From positions 22,074,001-22,138,000 of the forward strand of contig NC_086097.1 in NCBI RefSeq assembly GCF_963921235.1: DNA of 64,000 bases, in the 5' to 3' direction. The DNA is from Mobula hypostoma. Lineage: Eukaryota. Positions 23,900 to 37,295 of this stretch are shown here, in pieces. Numbering within the stretch: position 1 is the first letter of the stretch; each line of letters opens with the position of its first letter. A program made the position numbers and the translations under genes. The notes beneath the pieces were generated by a model. That model made no database searches. It saw only the letters and a list, made by a program, of their open reading frames with translations, and was not told the origin of the DNA.

Positions 23900-24640
23900 T
23901 TCTCTCTAAATCCTGTTCTCCTGACAGTCACCCAGCTACTCGCCTCCTGAAACTAGGGAGGTGACTACTTCCATGCATTTCTGATTGATGATCTCCTCAC
24001 TCTCCCGTACAAGCCGAAGGTCATCCAGCTGCTGCTCTGGATCCCTAACAAGCTCTTCAAGGAGCTGCAGGTAGATGCACTTCACGCAGATGTAGTTCCC
24101 CAGGAGACTCTGGGTCTCCCAGGACTCCAACATCCAGCATGAAGGACACACAACATCCATTCACTACATTGGATACAGCAAGAGGGAAAAAAGGGAACCT
24201 TAACAGAAGCTTACCCAGAACCAACACCTCTTTCGAGCCAAAGCCCGACACTCCTCTCCTCTCCTCTCACCATTAACCTACTTTCAACAATGGGTGCCCC
24301 GCTTGTCCCTTCTGTGCTTTTTAACAGGCGTTGCCGACCTGTGAGAAACCTTGTTGTTGTGGCCTGCTTCTGCTGCTGATTGGGCTGCCGGAATAAGCCC
24401 AGATGCCCATGAAGCTCTTATCTCTTACTAGCTCAAATCTCTTACTAGCTCTTCTTTCAGTTAGTCCTGATGAAGGGTCTCGGCCTGAAACGTCGACTCT
24501 ACCTCTTCCTAGAGATGCTGCCTGGCCTGATGTGTTCACCAGCAATTTTTATGTGTGAAGTTCTCTTAAACAAGTGTTGCTGACCTGCGAGAAACCTTGT
24601 CACTGTAGCCTGCTTCTGCCACTAACTGGGCCACCGGATC
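23900..24640 (-). mobile_element. CR1 5' region (5' UTR and ORF1 N-terminal Zn finger)
   Basis: ORF 23936-24160 (VVCPSC...YICVKC...LEELVRDPEQQLDDLRL) is homologous to 1506-1814. Confidence 0.75.
24463..24498 (+). ncRNA. Minimal type I hammerhead ribozyme motif in a Penelope fragment (about 24421-24556)
   Basis: AGTC-CTGATGA-AGGGTCTCGGCCT-GAAA-CGTC-GACT: intact core boxes, helix I AGTC/GACT, palindromic ACGT helix III and a GUC cleavage triplet. Confidence 0.8.
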
Positions 24641-26085
24641 CAATTTTTCTTTCAGCCCCAATCTCCTGTCTTCTCCCTGAATCCCTTCATACCCTGATCA
24701 GTCAAGAATCTATCAACCTCTGCCTTAAATATACATAAAGACTTGGCCTCCACAGCTGCCTGTGGCAAAGAAATCCCCAGATTCATCACTCTCTGGCTAA
24801 AGAAATTCCTCCTCATCTCTGTTACTAAGGAATGTCACTCAATTCTGAGTCTGTATCCTCTGGTCTTAGACTCTCTCACCATGGGAAACATTCCCTCTGC
24901 ATTCACTCTATCAAAGCCTTTCACCATTCAACAAGTTTCAATGAGGTAACACCTCATTCTTCTGAATTCTAGTGAATACAGGCCAGGAGCCATCAGATGC
25001 TCTTCATATGACAAGCTATTCAATCCTGGAATCATTCTCGTGAACCTCCTTTGAACTCTCTCCAGTTTCAGCACATCCTTTCTAAGATAAAGGGCCCAAA
25101 CCTGCTTATAGAACTCCAAGTGAAGCCTTAGCAGTGCTTTTTAAAGTTTCAACATTACATCCTTGCTTTGTTATTCTAGTCCTCTTGAAATGAATGCTAA
25201 CATTGCATTTGCCTTCCTCATCACAGACTCAACCTGCAAATTTACCTTTAAGGAATCCTGCACAGGGACTCCCTTTTATGCCTCAGTGTTTTGTATTTTC
25301 TCTCCATTTAGAAAATAGTTAACCCTTTCATTTCTTCTAAGTGCATGACCATACACTTTCTGCACTGTATTCCATCTGCCAATTTTTTGCCATTCTCCTA
25401 ATCTGTTCAAGTCCTTCTGTAGCTTCTCTAATGATCTCACCTGGACTGTACACACTGGCTTTGTAGCAATAAAAGCACAACAGCATCTTTTCCACCTCAG
25501 GCAACTAAAGAAGTTTGGCATGGCCCCACAAATCCTTCTACAGGGGCATCATTGAGAGCATACTGACTGGCTGTATCACCAAATGGTACGGGAACTGCAC
25601 CAACCTTGATCGCTGGGCACTGCAGAGAATGGTACAGACAGCGCAGCGCATCTGTGGATGTGGAGTTCCCTTCATTGAGGTCATTTATAGCAGCAGGTGC
25701 AGAAAGAAGGCCTGGAAGATCATTGGGGACACCAGTCACCCCAACCATAAACTGTTTCAGCTGCTTCTGTCTGGCAAATGCTACCACAGTATTAAAGCCA
25801 GGATCAACAGGGAACGGGACAGCTTCTTTCTACAAGCTATTAGATTTTTAAATCCACATGTCTGTACATTGCAACTGAGTCATAACACAAAGATTTTTAT
25901 TCCCTCACATTGTGCAATGGATGTAAGATTTAAATAAATTCTAATTCTACTTCCTCAAAACTACCTGCCTCTCCACTTATCTTCATATAGTCTGCAAACT
26001 TTGCAACAAAGCCATCAATTCCATCATCCAAATCATTGACATATAACGTAAAAAGAATCAGTCCCAACACAGACCCCTGTGGAAA
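24640..26085 (-). mobile_element. CR1 RT/3' fragment split by a Rex1/Babar insertion
   Basis: YLRKDVLKLERVQRRFTRM in 24928-25119; the CR1 sequence rejoins across 25431-25949. Confidence 0.85.
25431..25949 (+). mobile_element. Rex1/Babar-type LINE 3' fragment
   Basis: ORF 25515-25937 (FYRGIIESILTGCITKWYGNCT...HPNHKLFQLLLSGK...DSFFLQAIRFLN); AATAAATTCTAATTCTA tail. Confidence 0.85.
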
Positions 26086-26954
26086 TAATGTGAGTGATAA
26101 GATATAGGAGCAGACTTAGGACATCTGGCCCACTGAGTCTGCTATGCAATTTCATCATGGTCGATCCATTTTCCCTCTCAGCCCCAGTCTCCTGCCTTCT
26201 CCCCATGCCCTGACCAATCAATGCCTTAAATGTACCCAATGGCTTGGCCTTCACAGCCAACTGTGGCAATGAATTCCACAGATTCACCACTCTCTGGCTA
26301 AAGAAATTCCTCGTCACCTCCAGAAACCTTTTCAAACAAGACACTCAGTGATCCTAACTGCTGCCTAGAAAGTCCCAAATTACCAGGGGGATGTGACGTG
26401 TTCAATGTTTGGGGAAGGGGAAGGGATAAATTTGTATTAGTGTTGGTTTATTATTTTCACATGTACCAAGATACAGTGAAAAGCTTGCTTTCACACTGTT
26501 CATAAAGGTCAGATGATTATCATCAAAACAATAACAATAAAGAATAAAGTGTCAGGCAAAACCCTCACCTGCTGAATGATTAGGAGGAAACCTGGATTTC
26601 AGATCGAGATTTGGAATCATTCCTTTATCACACGTACATCAGAACATGCAATGAAATGCTTCGTTTACTTAACCACGGACACAGCCTCAGGATGTGTTGC
26701 GGGCAGCCTGTAAGTATTGCCACAAATTCTGGTGTCAACATAGCAATACAGATTCGAAATTGCAAGGGGACTTTGGAGTTCTCGTGCAGGATTCCCTAAA
26801 GGCTAATTTGCAGGCTTGGTCAGTGGTAAGGAAGGTAAATGTAATGTTAGTATTCATTTTGAGAGCAGTAGAACACAAGAGCAAATATGTGATGCTGATG
26901 TTTTATACTGTAAGGCTTTGGTCAGGCAGCACTTGAAGTATTGGGAGCAGTTCC

Positions 26955-29320
26955 AGACCATAACATCATAAAATATAGAAGCAGGATTAGATCATTTGGC
27001 CCATCAGAACTGCTCCACCAATTCATCAGAGTTGATCCATTTTTGTTCTCAGCCCCAATCTCCTGCCTTCTCCCTGTATCCCTTCATGCCCTGATGAATC
27101 AAAAATCTATGAACCTCTGCCTTAAATTTAGCCACCTGTGGCAACGAATTTCACAGATTCACTGCTGTCTAGATAAAGAAATTCCTCCCCATCTCTGTTC
27201 TAAAAGGACACCCCTCTCTTCTGAGGCGGTGTCCTGAGGTCTTAGACTCCCCCATGTATTCTCTCAACATCCACTCTATCAAGGCCTTTCAACATTCGGT
27301 AGGTTTCGATAAGGTGACCTCTCATTCTTGTGAATTCAAGTGGCCCAGAGCAATCAAAAACTTCTCATATGACAAGCCTTTCAATCTTGGAATCATTTTC
27401 GTGGATCTCCTTTGAACCATCTCCAACATCAGCACATCCTTTCTTTGATAAAGGGCCCAGAACTGCTCACAATACTCCAAATGAGGCCTAACCAGTGCTT
27501 TATAGTCTCATGATTATATCCTTGCTTTTATATTCTAGTCTTGTTGAAATGAATGCTAACATGGCATTTGCCTTCCTCACCACAGACTCAACCTGCAAAT
27601 CAACATTTAGGGAATCCTACACGAGGACGCCCTTTGCAACTCAGATTTTTGAATCTTCTCTCCATTTAGAAAATAGTTTATGCTTTTATTTCTTCTACAA
27701 AGATGCATAACCATACACTTCCCATCACTCTATTCTGTCTGCTACTTCTTTGCCCATTCTCCTAATTGGTTTAAGTCCTTCTGTAGCCTCTCTACCTCTT
27801 CAAAACTACCTGACCCTCCACAACATTTTTGTATCATCCAGAAAATTGGTCACAAAGCCATAAATTCCATCATGCAAATCTTTGACGTATAACGTATAAA
27901 GAATCGGTCCCAAAACAGACCTCTGTGGAACACTACTAGTCACTGGCCGCCAACCAGAGAAGGCTCCCTTTATTCCCACTTTTTGCCTCCTGCCAATCAG
28001 CCACTGCTTTATTCATGCTAATATCTGTCCTGTAATACCATTGGATCCTAACTTGTTAAGCAGCCAGTGGTATGTGTGGTACCTTGTCAGAGGTATACTG
28101 AAAACCCAAGTACACAACATCAACTGATTCTCCTTTGTCTATCCTGCTTGTTATTTCTTCAAAGAATTCCAATTGATTTGTCAGGCAAGGTTTACCCTTA
28201 AGGAAACCGTGCTGACAATGGCTTATTTTATCATGTGCCTCCAAGTACTCCAAAACCATATCCTTAACATTCAACTCCAACATTTTCCCAGCCACTGAGG
28301 TCAGACTAATTGGCCTAGTTTCCTTTCTTCTTGAAGAGTGGAGTGACATTTGCGTTTTCTACTCCTCTGGTAACATGCCAGAATCAACTGATTCTTGAAA
28401 GATCATTACTAATGTCTCCATAATCTCCCATCTAGTTTAGGTGACTTATCCACCTTCAGAACTTTCAATTTCCCAAGAACCTTCTCTCTAGTAATGGTAA
28501 TTTCATACACCTCTGCCCCCTGACACTCTTGAACTTGCAGCATACTGCTAGTGTCTTCCACAGTGAAGACTGATGCAAAATACATATTCAGTTCCTCTAC
28601 CATTTCCTTCTACCCCATTATTACCTCTCCAACATCATTTTCCAGCAGTCTGATATCTACACTCACCTCTCTTTTACACTTAATGTATTTGAAGAAACTT
28701 TTGGTATTCTCTTTAATATTATAGAAACATAGAAAATAGGTGCAGGAGTAGGCCATTTGGCCCTTCGAGCCTGCACTGCCATTCAGTATGATCATGGCTG
28801 ATCATCCAACTCAGAACCCTGCACCAGCCTTCCCTCCATACCCCCTGATCCCTTTAGCCACAAGGGCCATACCTAACTCCCTCTTAAATATAGCCAATGA
28901 ACTGGCCTCAACTGTTTCCTGTGGCAGAGAATTCCACAGATTCACCACTCTCTGTGTGAAGAAGTTTATTGGTCAGCTTACCTTAGTATTCCATCTTTTC
29001 CTTCATTATGACTTTTTAGTTGCTTTCAGTTGGTTTTTGAAAGCTTTTCAATCCTCTAACTTCCCACTAATTTTTCCCCTCTGCCCTCTCTTTGGCTTTT
29101 ATGTTGGCTTTGACTTTTCTTGTTAATCATGGTTCTGTCATCTTGCCATTATAATCCTTCTTCCCCTTTGGAATGTATATTTCCTGCACCTTCCAAATTG
29201 CTCCCAGAAATTCCAGCCATTGCTGCTCTACCATCATCCTTGCCAGTATTCTTTTCCAATCACTTCTGGCCAGCATCTCCCTCATACCTCTGCAATTCCC
29301 TTTACTCTACTGTAATACTG
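26955..29320 (-). mobile_element. Decayed CR1 ORF2 (about 2.3 kb) inserted in an opposite-strand CR1 (26745-26952 plus 29323-29810), with another CR1 tail nested at about 28722-28965
   Basis: ORFs 28056-28349, 28409-28603 and 28610-28795 are RT and linker pieces. The host reads LKYWEQ(F) before the insertion and WVPYL after it. Confidence 0.85.
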
Positions 29321-29909
29321 ATTGGGTACCCTATCTATGTGCTGGCATTGGAAAGGGTTCAGATGAGGTTCACAAGAATGATTCTGGTAATGGAAGGGGT
29401 CACATATGAGGATCTCTGAGCTTGTACTCATTGGAGTTTAGAAGAATGAGGGATGGCATCATTGGAGCCCACTGAATACTGAAAGGCCTGGATATGGAGA
29501 GGATGTTTTCTATAGGGGGAGTCTATGACCAAAGAGCATTGCCTTAGACTAGAGGGACATTAATTTAGAACAGAGAAGAGAGTAAGTTTTTTTTTAGCTT
29601 AAAGGTGGAGAAACTGTGGAATTTATAGCTGTGGAATGCTGTGGAGGCCAAATCGTTGAATATATTTAAAACAGGGATTGTCAGGGCATCAATAGTCATG
29701 GGGATAACCAGGAAAATGGGCTTGAAAGTGATAATAAATCAGCCATTATGGGATGGTGGACCAGACTTGATGGGCCGAGTGGCCTAGTTCTGCCCCTATG
29801 TCTTTTGGTCTTACAGCATGCTCATAATATTCAGCAGAACAAGTCAAGCAACAACAACAAGAACACAACAAGAGTAACAAAACAGAATAACAGTGACAAA
29901 ACAAGCTCT

Positions 29910-29935
29910 TTCCTTCCTCCCTCCCTCCCTCCCTC

Positions 29936-29975
<40 letters not shown>
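29910..29975. repeat. (CCTC)n plus (CA)n microsatellite
   Basis: Directly visible. Confidence 0.95.
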
Positions 29976-29977
<2 letters not shown>

Positions 29978-31274
29978 CTAACCCCAGGACAGGCTGCCTC
30001 CAGACTTCCAACCTCCAGTTGCTGGCTTCCAGTTCGCGAACTTTCAAACATCAGGTATCAGGTATTTTTGTTTCAGAGCAAGATTAACCAAAAACAGTTC
30101 TGGGTTTGCTGGTATCACCCTGCCCTTAAACCGTCCAGGAACTTTCAGATGTGAAGGCAGTGCTGAGACCTACTGTGCCTGTGCTCCCCCAGCTGAATGT
30201 GAATTAATCTCTTATCAATTGCAATTAAGGAATGAAGTCAGTCAACTCACAAAGATTAAATGCTTTGCCACACATAGTAGTGGTTTCTATTGATTTGTGG
30301 GATATACTTTATTATTCAATGCAATATAATCACTCCAGACCATTACTGTAAGTGAGTTGTAATTTCATTTCACTTGGACTGTTTTTCTCTGATGTAATTT
30401 GGAATGCAGTCAAGTTAATTGTCACTATCAGTGGATCAAAGAACGTGTACTCTATACCAATTTCCAGAAGGTTAATGGCATAGAGTTGGTAAGGGGGAGA
30501 AGGTGGCACACATTGGGTTGTGACACTTCTTGAGAAAGTACCCACTCCTTTGCTCTATGATTTGCCCTTTGTGAAGACTGTGTGCTCGTACTCTCTGCTA
30601 AACCGCCGACACTGAATATGCTAAGTTATATTTTTCAGCAGTTGGATGTTATTGGCAAGAATGGGATGAGATTCTGCAGATACTGGAAATCCAGAGTAAC
30701 ACACAGAATGCTGGAGGAACTCAGCAGGTTTCCGTGGAGGTCAAGTCATTGTGTATATTTAAGACACAGGCTGATAGACTCTTGGTTGGTCAGGGCATGA
30801 AGGGATACGGGGAGAAGGCAGGAGACTGGGGCTGAGAGGAAGATGGATCAGCCATGATGAAATGGTGGACTAGACTCGATGGGCCAAATGGCCTGATTCT
30901 GCTCCTATACGTTATGGTCTTATGGAGAGGAATGAACAGACGAACCTTCATTGGTTCTGATTTCACTTTTTACCTTCCCTTTCCCCACATGTTCTTATTC
31001 TGGCTTCCTCCTTCCCCCACCCCCCACCTCCAGTTCTGAGAGGAGTATGAGAATCTCTGTGCTCTCAGGTTTGGGAGGTGGTACGTGAATGGCAGCTAGG
31101 TTATGACGCCTCTCTAATCCACCTGAAGGGCTTTGACTCCAAATGTCAGCTATCCATTTCCCTCTGAATATGCTGCCTGGCTCGTTGAGTTTCTCCAGCG
31201 CTTTGTGGGTTGCTCCATATTCCAGCAGTCTTATGTGTCTCGATGATATTGGTATGGTTTAATATTGTCACATG

Positions 31275-31770
31275 TAGAAGGATATGGAAGCTTTAGAGAG
31301 AGTGCAGAGGAGATTTACCAGGATGCTGCCTGGATTAGAGAGCATGATTTATGAGGATAGGTCAAGTGAGCTAGGGATTTTCTCTGTAGCGAAGGAGGAT
31401 AAGACGCGAATTGACAGAGGTGTTAAGATGATAGAGTGGACCGTCAGAACCTCTTCCCCAAGCAGAAATGGCTAGTATGGTAGGGCAGAATTTTAAGGTG
31501 ATTGGAGGAAATTATACGGGGGATGTCAGAGGTCGGTTCTTTACGTTGAGAGTGATTAGACCATGGAATGCACTGCCAGTGGTGATCATAGCGACAGATA
31601 CACTAGGCAGATTTGAGAGACTTCAATAGAGACATGGATAAAAGGAAAATGGAGGGCTATGTGTGAGAGAAGGGTTAGATGGATGTTGGAATAGGTTAAC
31701 AGGTCAGAACAACATCAAATGGACTGTACTATGCTGCATTCTTCTATGCCTTGTGTTCTATGTTCTATGC
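31275..31770 (+). mobile_element. CR1 3' fragment
   Basis: MEALERVQRRFTRMLPGL; GTTCTATGTTCTATG tail. Confidence 0.8.
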
Positions 31771-33032
31771 ACCGAGCTACAGTGGTGAGCTTCTGTTTGT
31801 GTACCTTCCAGACGGATCATCCCATACAGAAGTACGCCAAGGGAATAAGAAGGAGAAGAGAATGCAGATGAGGTGTTGCAGCTACAGAGAAAGTGCTCTG
31901 CAGATAGATAACTAATGTGCAAAGGCCACAGTGAGGTGGATTAGGAGAGCACAAGTTCGTCTAGCACTACATGAGAAATCCAATCAAGAGTCTGAAGCTG
32001 TCTAGGGGTGTGTAATGCACTGACCCCGAAACCCCTTTGACCAGAGACATAGCTGGAGATGGAGCTCTGCCGATCATCAAAGCTCCCCTTCAGGTTACAT
32101 TCATCAGCCTGTTTTACATCTGGTCCAACTTGAGGAGTGCAATTGTGCCAACATTCATTTTGGTGATGCTCACCAAACGACGTTTGGTCTGGCACACTGG
32201 GGAAAGAAATTCTTCCCCACAGTTCCTGCTGATTTGAAATGTGTCTATGCCTGTCCTTGTAAAATCATTGTGTACTACAACACAGAATCGTTCGGCCCAT
32301 CTAGTTATGCTGTCTTGATCTTCTAACTGGCCTCATCTTTTCCCGATGCATAAGCACAGATACTGGAAATCTTGAGCAATGTACACAGAGTGCTGGAGGA
32401 TGTCCAGTATTTTGTACGTGTGGCTCAATTTTCCCAATACTTTGTGGCTTTCTCCTGGTGTCAAACACCCACTGTGGTACTGATAACTGGGAACTATATG
32501 GCCACTATCTTTAATTCCCTCATTATTCCAATTCGACCAAGGCATTATTTTCCATCAGTGGAGCTAAATATTACATGGAATAACAGATGCTCTGAGACTT
32601 GCTTCAGATGTATTTAAGATCCCTGAATGGCTTGAGTTTGTAGGCACATTTAAAACAGAGCACAAATTAGCCCATAATCAGTTGCGGATACTAATCCTGT
32701 CACTCAGCCAGATCACATCTAATTCAGGCGGAATAATGTTGCAAAGGGATGAGGTGACTGAGGGCCGAATCTGCTATATGGACGTTTACGTGGGTGGGTA
32801 AGCACAAGAGTCCACGCACTCTTTCACATACACATACATGTAGCATACACTTATAAACGCACACACACGTATATATATGTACAATCACACCATGCACAGG
32901 TGCTCACATGTACACACTTGCGCACTTGGGTATGCCCAGAATCAGAACCAGGTTTAACATCACAAACAAGAGAAAATCTGCAGATGTTGGAAATCAGATA
33001 AAATGCTGGAGGATCAAGCCATCTCTTTTTCC

Positions 33033-33070
33033 CAGTCCTGATGAAGGTCCTCGGCCCGAAACGTTGACTG
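33033..33070 (+). ncRNA. Minimal hammerhead ribozyme motif (Penelope fragment)
   Basis: CAGTC-CTGATGA-AGGTCCTCGGCCC-GAAA-CGTT-GACTG; helix I is 5 bp; GUU triplet. Confidence 0.7.
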
Positions 33071-33073
33071 TTT

Positions 33074-34045
33074 AGATAGATAGATAGATATTTTATTTAT
33101 CCCAAAGGAAATTATAGTGTCACAGTAGCATTACAAGTGCACAGATATACAAATAGTAGAAGAGAAGTAAGAAAAAATTAAAAGTAAGTTACCTCAAACA
33201 GTCTAACGGTGGGGGGGGGGGGGGGTGTGTAATCATCACTTCCCTGGCGATAGGTTGATTCATTATAGAGCCTGATGGCTGAGGGTAAGAATGACCTCAT
33301 TTAGCGCTCTTTAGTAGCAGCATAGTTGACTTAGTCTATTACACTAAAACTGCTCATCTGTTCATCCAAGGTGGCATGCAGATGGTGAGAAATATTGTCC
33401 AGAATTGCAGGATTTTCCATAGGGACCTTTGTTCTACAGTGTGTCCAGTTTGACTCCTATAACAAAGCCAGCCTTTCTAATCCGTTTACTGAGCCAGTTG
33501 GCATCACCTGTGTTGATGCCATTGCCCCAGTACACCACCCCATACAAGACTGTACTGGCAGCGACAGACTGGCAGAACATGTGAAGGAGAAGCCTGCATA
33601 TTCCAAAGGTCCTCTGTCTCCTCGGGAAGTAATTGTGATTCTGGCCCTTCTTGTACGCAGCCTCTGTGTTGGTGTTCCACTCAAGTCTGTCATCCAGGTG
33701 CATGTCCTAGGTGATGGAGGTCTTTAATGATGATACCACCGCCACCTTCTGAGACATCACCTTGCGGAGACGGCATCAATGCTGGGGAGGCTTGCGCCCA
33801 TGATGGAGCTGGCTGAGCTCGCGACCCTCTGCCGCTTTTCCCGTCCTGTGCAGTCGTCTCTCCATACCAGACGCTGATGCAATTTAGAATACTCTCCATA
33901 GTACATCTGTAGAAATTTGTTAGAGTCTTTGGTGACTCCTCAGACCTGTAATGAAATATAGCCACTGGTGTGCCTTTTTTGTAATTGCATCAATATGTTG
34001 GGCCCAGCATTCATCTTCAGAGATGTTGACGCCTAGGAACTTGAG
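33074..34045 (-). mobile_element. Two abutting Rex1/Babar-type fragments with a (TAGA)n tail
   Basis: ORF 33434-33703 (HLDDRLEWNTNT...VLYGVVYWG) and ORF 33690-33965 (TLTNFYRCTMESIL). Confidence 0.8.
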
Positions 34046-34159
34046 ACTCATGCTTACTCTCACCCAGTCATATGTTTGCATGCATGCTCACACACACATA
34101 CAAGTTACACTAAAGGACACACAGCTATCTAAACACATATGCAGACATGCTCATATGTC

Positions 34160-34810
34160 AGTGACACCAAGGAATTGATTGTGGTCTTCAGGAAGGGGAA
34201 ATCAGGAGAACACATCGCAGTGTCAGCAGTGAACAGCTTTAAGATCCCGGGCATCAGCATCTCAGAAGATCTATCCTATGTCCACCATAGTGATGCAGTC
34301 ATGAAGAAGGCACACCAGTGGCTATACCTCATTCGAAGTGTGAAGTGATTTGATAGGTCACAGAGGTGCCATGGAGAGGAGTTTGACAGGTTGCTTCACC
34401 ATTTGGTACGGACGCTTCAAGGCACAGGATTGTGAAGAGATGCAGAGGGTTTGTAGACTCCACCAGTTTCAACATGGGCACCAGCCTCCCCTCCATCAAG
34501 GACGTTTTTTCATAAAGCAATACCTCTAGAAGGCAGCATTCACCATGAAGGACCCTCACCATCCAGGACATGGCTTCTTCTCATTGCCACCATCACTGAG
34601 GAAGTACAGCAGTCTGAGGATCCACACCCAACAACTTAGGAACAGCTCCTTCCCCTCTGTCGTCAGATTCCTGAACAGTCCAGGATCCCATGGATACTAC
34701 CTCACTACTTTGATCTTTTTTTACACCATTTATTTATTTTTTATATATTTTATTGTATCTTCTAGTAACTTTTATTTATTGCACTGTACTGCTTTCACAA
34801 AGCAACAGGA
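34160..34810 (+). mobile_element. Rex1/Babar-type 3' fragment
   Basis: TKELIVVFRK...ISEDLS...KKAHQWLY and KDPHHPGHGFFSLPPS...RNSSFPSVVRFLN. Confidence 0.8.
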
Positions 34811-34814
34811 TATG

Positions 34815-34845
34815 AGCGCGCGCGCGCGCACACACAGACACACAC

Positions 34846-34902
<57 letters not shown>

Positions 34903-34929
34903 ACCACCACCACCACCACCACCACCACC
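34815..34929. repeat. Compound microsatellite (CG)n(CA)n(CAC)n
   Basis: Directly visible; accounts for the poly-HT, poly-H and poly-W ORFs. Confidence 0.95.
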
Positions 34930-35689
34930 AAGGACTGCCTAAGAGGAAGAAGATTTCATCCACTCTCAGTTTAGATCTCATAAACTAGGAATGTTGTTTG
35001 ACTATGGAGAGATCGGAAATGAAGCTGTGGCACAAATAATGTCTATTGAATGTCACATTCCCACCCAGTGAAGTTCTGGAGTGTCACCTCTGGATACAAG
35101 CCCTCCTATCCAAAACCATGAATATTGATGTTAACATATTTTATTCTCTACAGACTCCTACATCAAGAAGGATTGCCACTGATCTCTGGAGATGGTGGTG
35201 ATCAACAGGAAATAATTTCTGAGTGTGACCCCTTCTGACACTGAAACATGTAAATCTTGTTAAAGCCTGCACAAGAGCTGACATTTATCTTGATAATGCA
35301 CTGTATAAACTCCACTGTTTTATATATGGCTCAAACGAACAAGTCAAGGTCAGGCAGCAAATACTGCCCCCCGGCAACAAACATTATCTGCTCAACTTGG
35401 GATCTTAGTAAGGGGACAATTTCCCATACATTCACGTTCAGAGTGCTGTGAAATTCAGATAATGGTAGTCAGATTTCTATTTAAATTTTAAAAATGCAAT
35501 CTATAATCTTCAGGATTTTGGATCATTTCTTTTCAGAAAAAAAATTCCTAAATAAAATCCATTTAAGCTTCAACTTATGAAAATTCAGAACCTGACCGCC
35601 TAACACATCTGACCACCACCCTTCTCTCTGCCGCAGTTTAATCTGCTCTGACTCACAGCAGCTCGCAAACATTGTTTAAAATCTGTGAG

Positions 35690-36180
35690 CATAGAACATA
35701 GAAGATAAAACGGTACAGTACAGGCTCTTCAGCCCACGATGTTGTACTAACCTTTTAACCCACTCTAAGATCAATCTAACCCTTCCATAAGCCCATACAA
35801 CCATAAGACAGGGGCAGAATTAGGCCATTTTGGCCCACCGAGTCTGTTTTGCCATTACATCATGGCTGAATAATCATCCCTCCCACCCCCATTCTCCTGC
35901 CTTCTCCCCATAACCTTTGATACCCTTACTAATCAAGAACCTATCAACACCAGCTTTAAATAGACTCAATAACACTTGGCCTCTGCAGCCGTCTCTAGTA
36001 ATGAATTCTATAGATTCTCTTGCTGAAGAAAATCTTCTTCGCTAAAAGAATGTCCTTCTATTCTGAGGCCGTGCCCTCTAGTCCTAGACTTCTCCACTAT
36101 TGGAAATGTCCTCTCCATGTCCACTCTGTCTAGGCCTTTCAATATTCAGTAGGTTTCAATAACATCACCCTCTCATTCCC
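35690..36180 (-). mobile_element. CR1 3' fragments
   Basis: Homologous to 13842-14240. Confidence 0.75.
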
Positions 36181-36497
36181 CCCTGCATGTTAGATATTAA
36201 TTTTGTATAATTTTCGTAGTTTACCTGGTGGATTCTTTCAAATGAGAGACTGTGTCCAAATACTCAAGATCCACGTATTCACTCCTCTTGAAAATTAACT
36301 GTTTATGATCTCAGTTTTCTCATGAGGTCTGTTCACTGCTGGGTAAGTCAAATTTCTCACTGTGACCCCATAATTCCAAACTCCTTTTCTGTTTAGGGAT
36401 AAAATTAATCAAATACAGGCCAGGGAAGTACCGGCAATTGTTCATAAGCACAATGCATTAAGAGATCGAGAAAGAGAAAGTTCAATCACATCTACTT

Positions 36498-36645
36498 CAC
36501 TGCCACAATAAGGCCAAACTCAGGCTGGAGAAGCAACATCTCATATTCCATCCTGATAGCCTCCTAACTGATGGTATGAATATTGAATTCTCCAACTTCC
36601 AATAATTTCTCCCTTCTTTTATATTTTTCCTTTCCCCATTCTGGT
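36498..36645 (+). mobile_element. Penelope-like element ORF end (GIY-YIG endonuclease C-terminus)
   Basis: 36498-36605 translates HCHNKAKLRLEKQHLIFHPDSLLTDGMNIEFSNFQ*, resembling the E-x2-I...G(L/M)N tail of Penelope GIY-YIG domains. Confidence 0.7.
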
Positions 36646-37295
36646 TCCAAAAGGCGTATGGTGTGTTGGCCTTCATTTGTTGGGGGACTGAGTTCAAGAA
36701 CACTAGGTTATGGTGCAGCTCTATGAAACTCTGGTTGGAGCACACTTGGAGTATTATGTTCGATTTTGGTCACTTCATTATAGTAAGGATATGGAAGCTT
36801 TAGAGAAGATGCAGTGGAGATTTACCTGGATGTCGCCTGTATTAGAGACCATATTTTATGAGGAAAGTTTTAGCGAACTAGGGCATTTCTCTTTGGGGTG
36901 AAGGAGGATGAGAGGTGACTTAATAGAGGTTTACAAGATAATAAGAGGCATAGATCGAGTGGATAGCAAGAAACATTTTCCCAGGGTGTAACTGGCTAAT
37001 ATGAGAGGTCATAATTTTAAAGTGATTGGAGGAAAGTATAACTGTGATGTCAGAGGTACTTTTATTTTATACAGTGGCAGGTATGGGGAATATACTGCCA
37101 GGAGTGGTGATGAGACTGACACACTAGCGACATTTAAGGGACTCTTAAATAGGCATAAGGATGAAAGAAAAATGGAGGAATATGTGGGAGGGAAGTGTTA
37201 GATTAATCTTGGAGTAGATTAAAAGGTTGGCACAACATAATGAGCAGAATGGCCTGTACTGTGCTGTGGTATTTGACGTTTTATGTTTTGTGTTC
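36646..37295 (+). mobile_element. CR1 3' fragment
   Basis: ORFs 36710-36901 and 37001-37201. Confidence 0.8.

Noticed and set aside
31941..32215. Minus-strand exon after a good acceptor (TTTCTTTCCCCAG)
   Set aside because: No recognisable peptide and no convincing donor site; two of the three frames close quickly.
34545..34988. His-rich and Trp-rich ORFs
   Set aside because: Translation of (CA)n/(CAC)n microsatellites appended to a LINE fragment.
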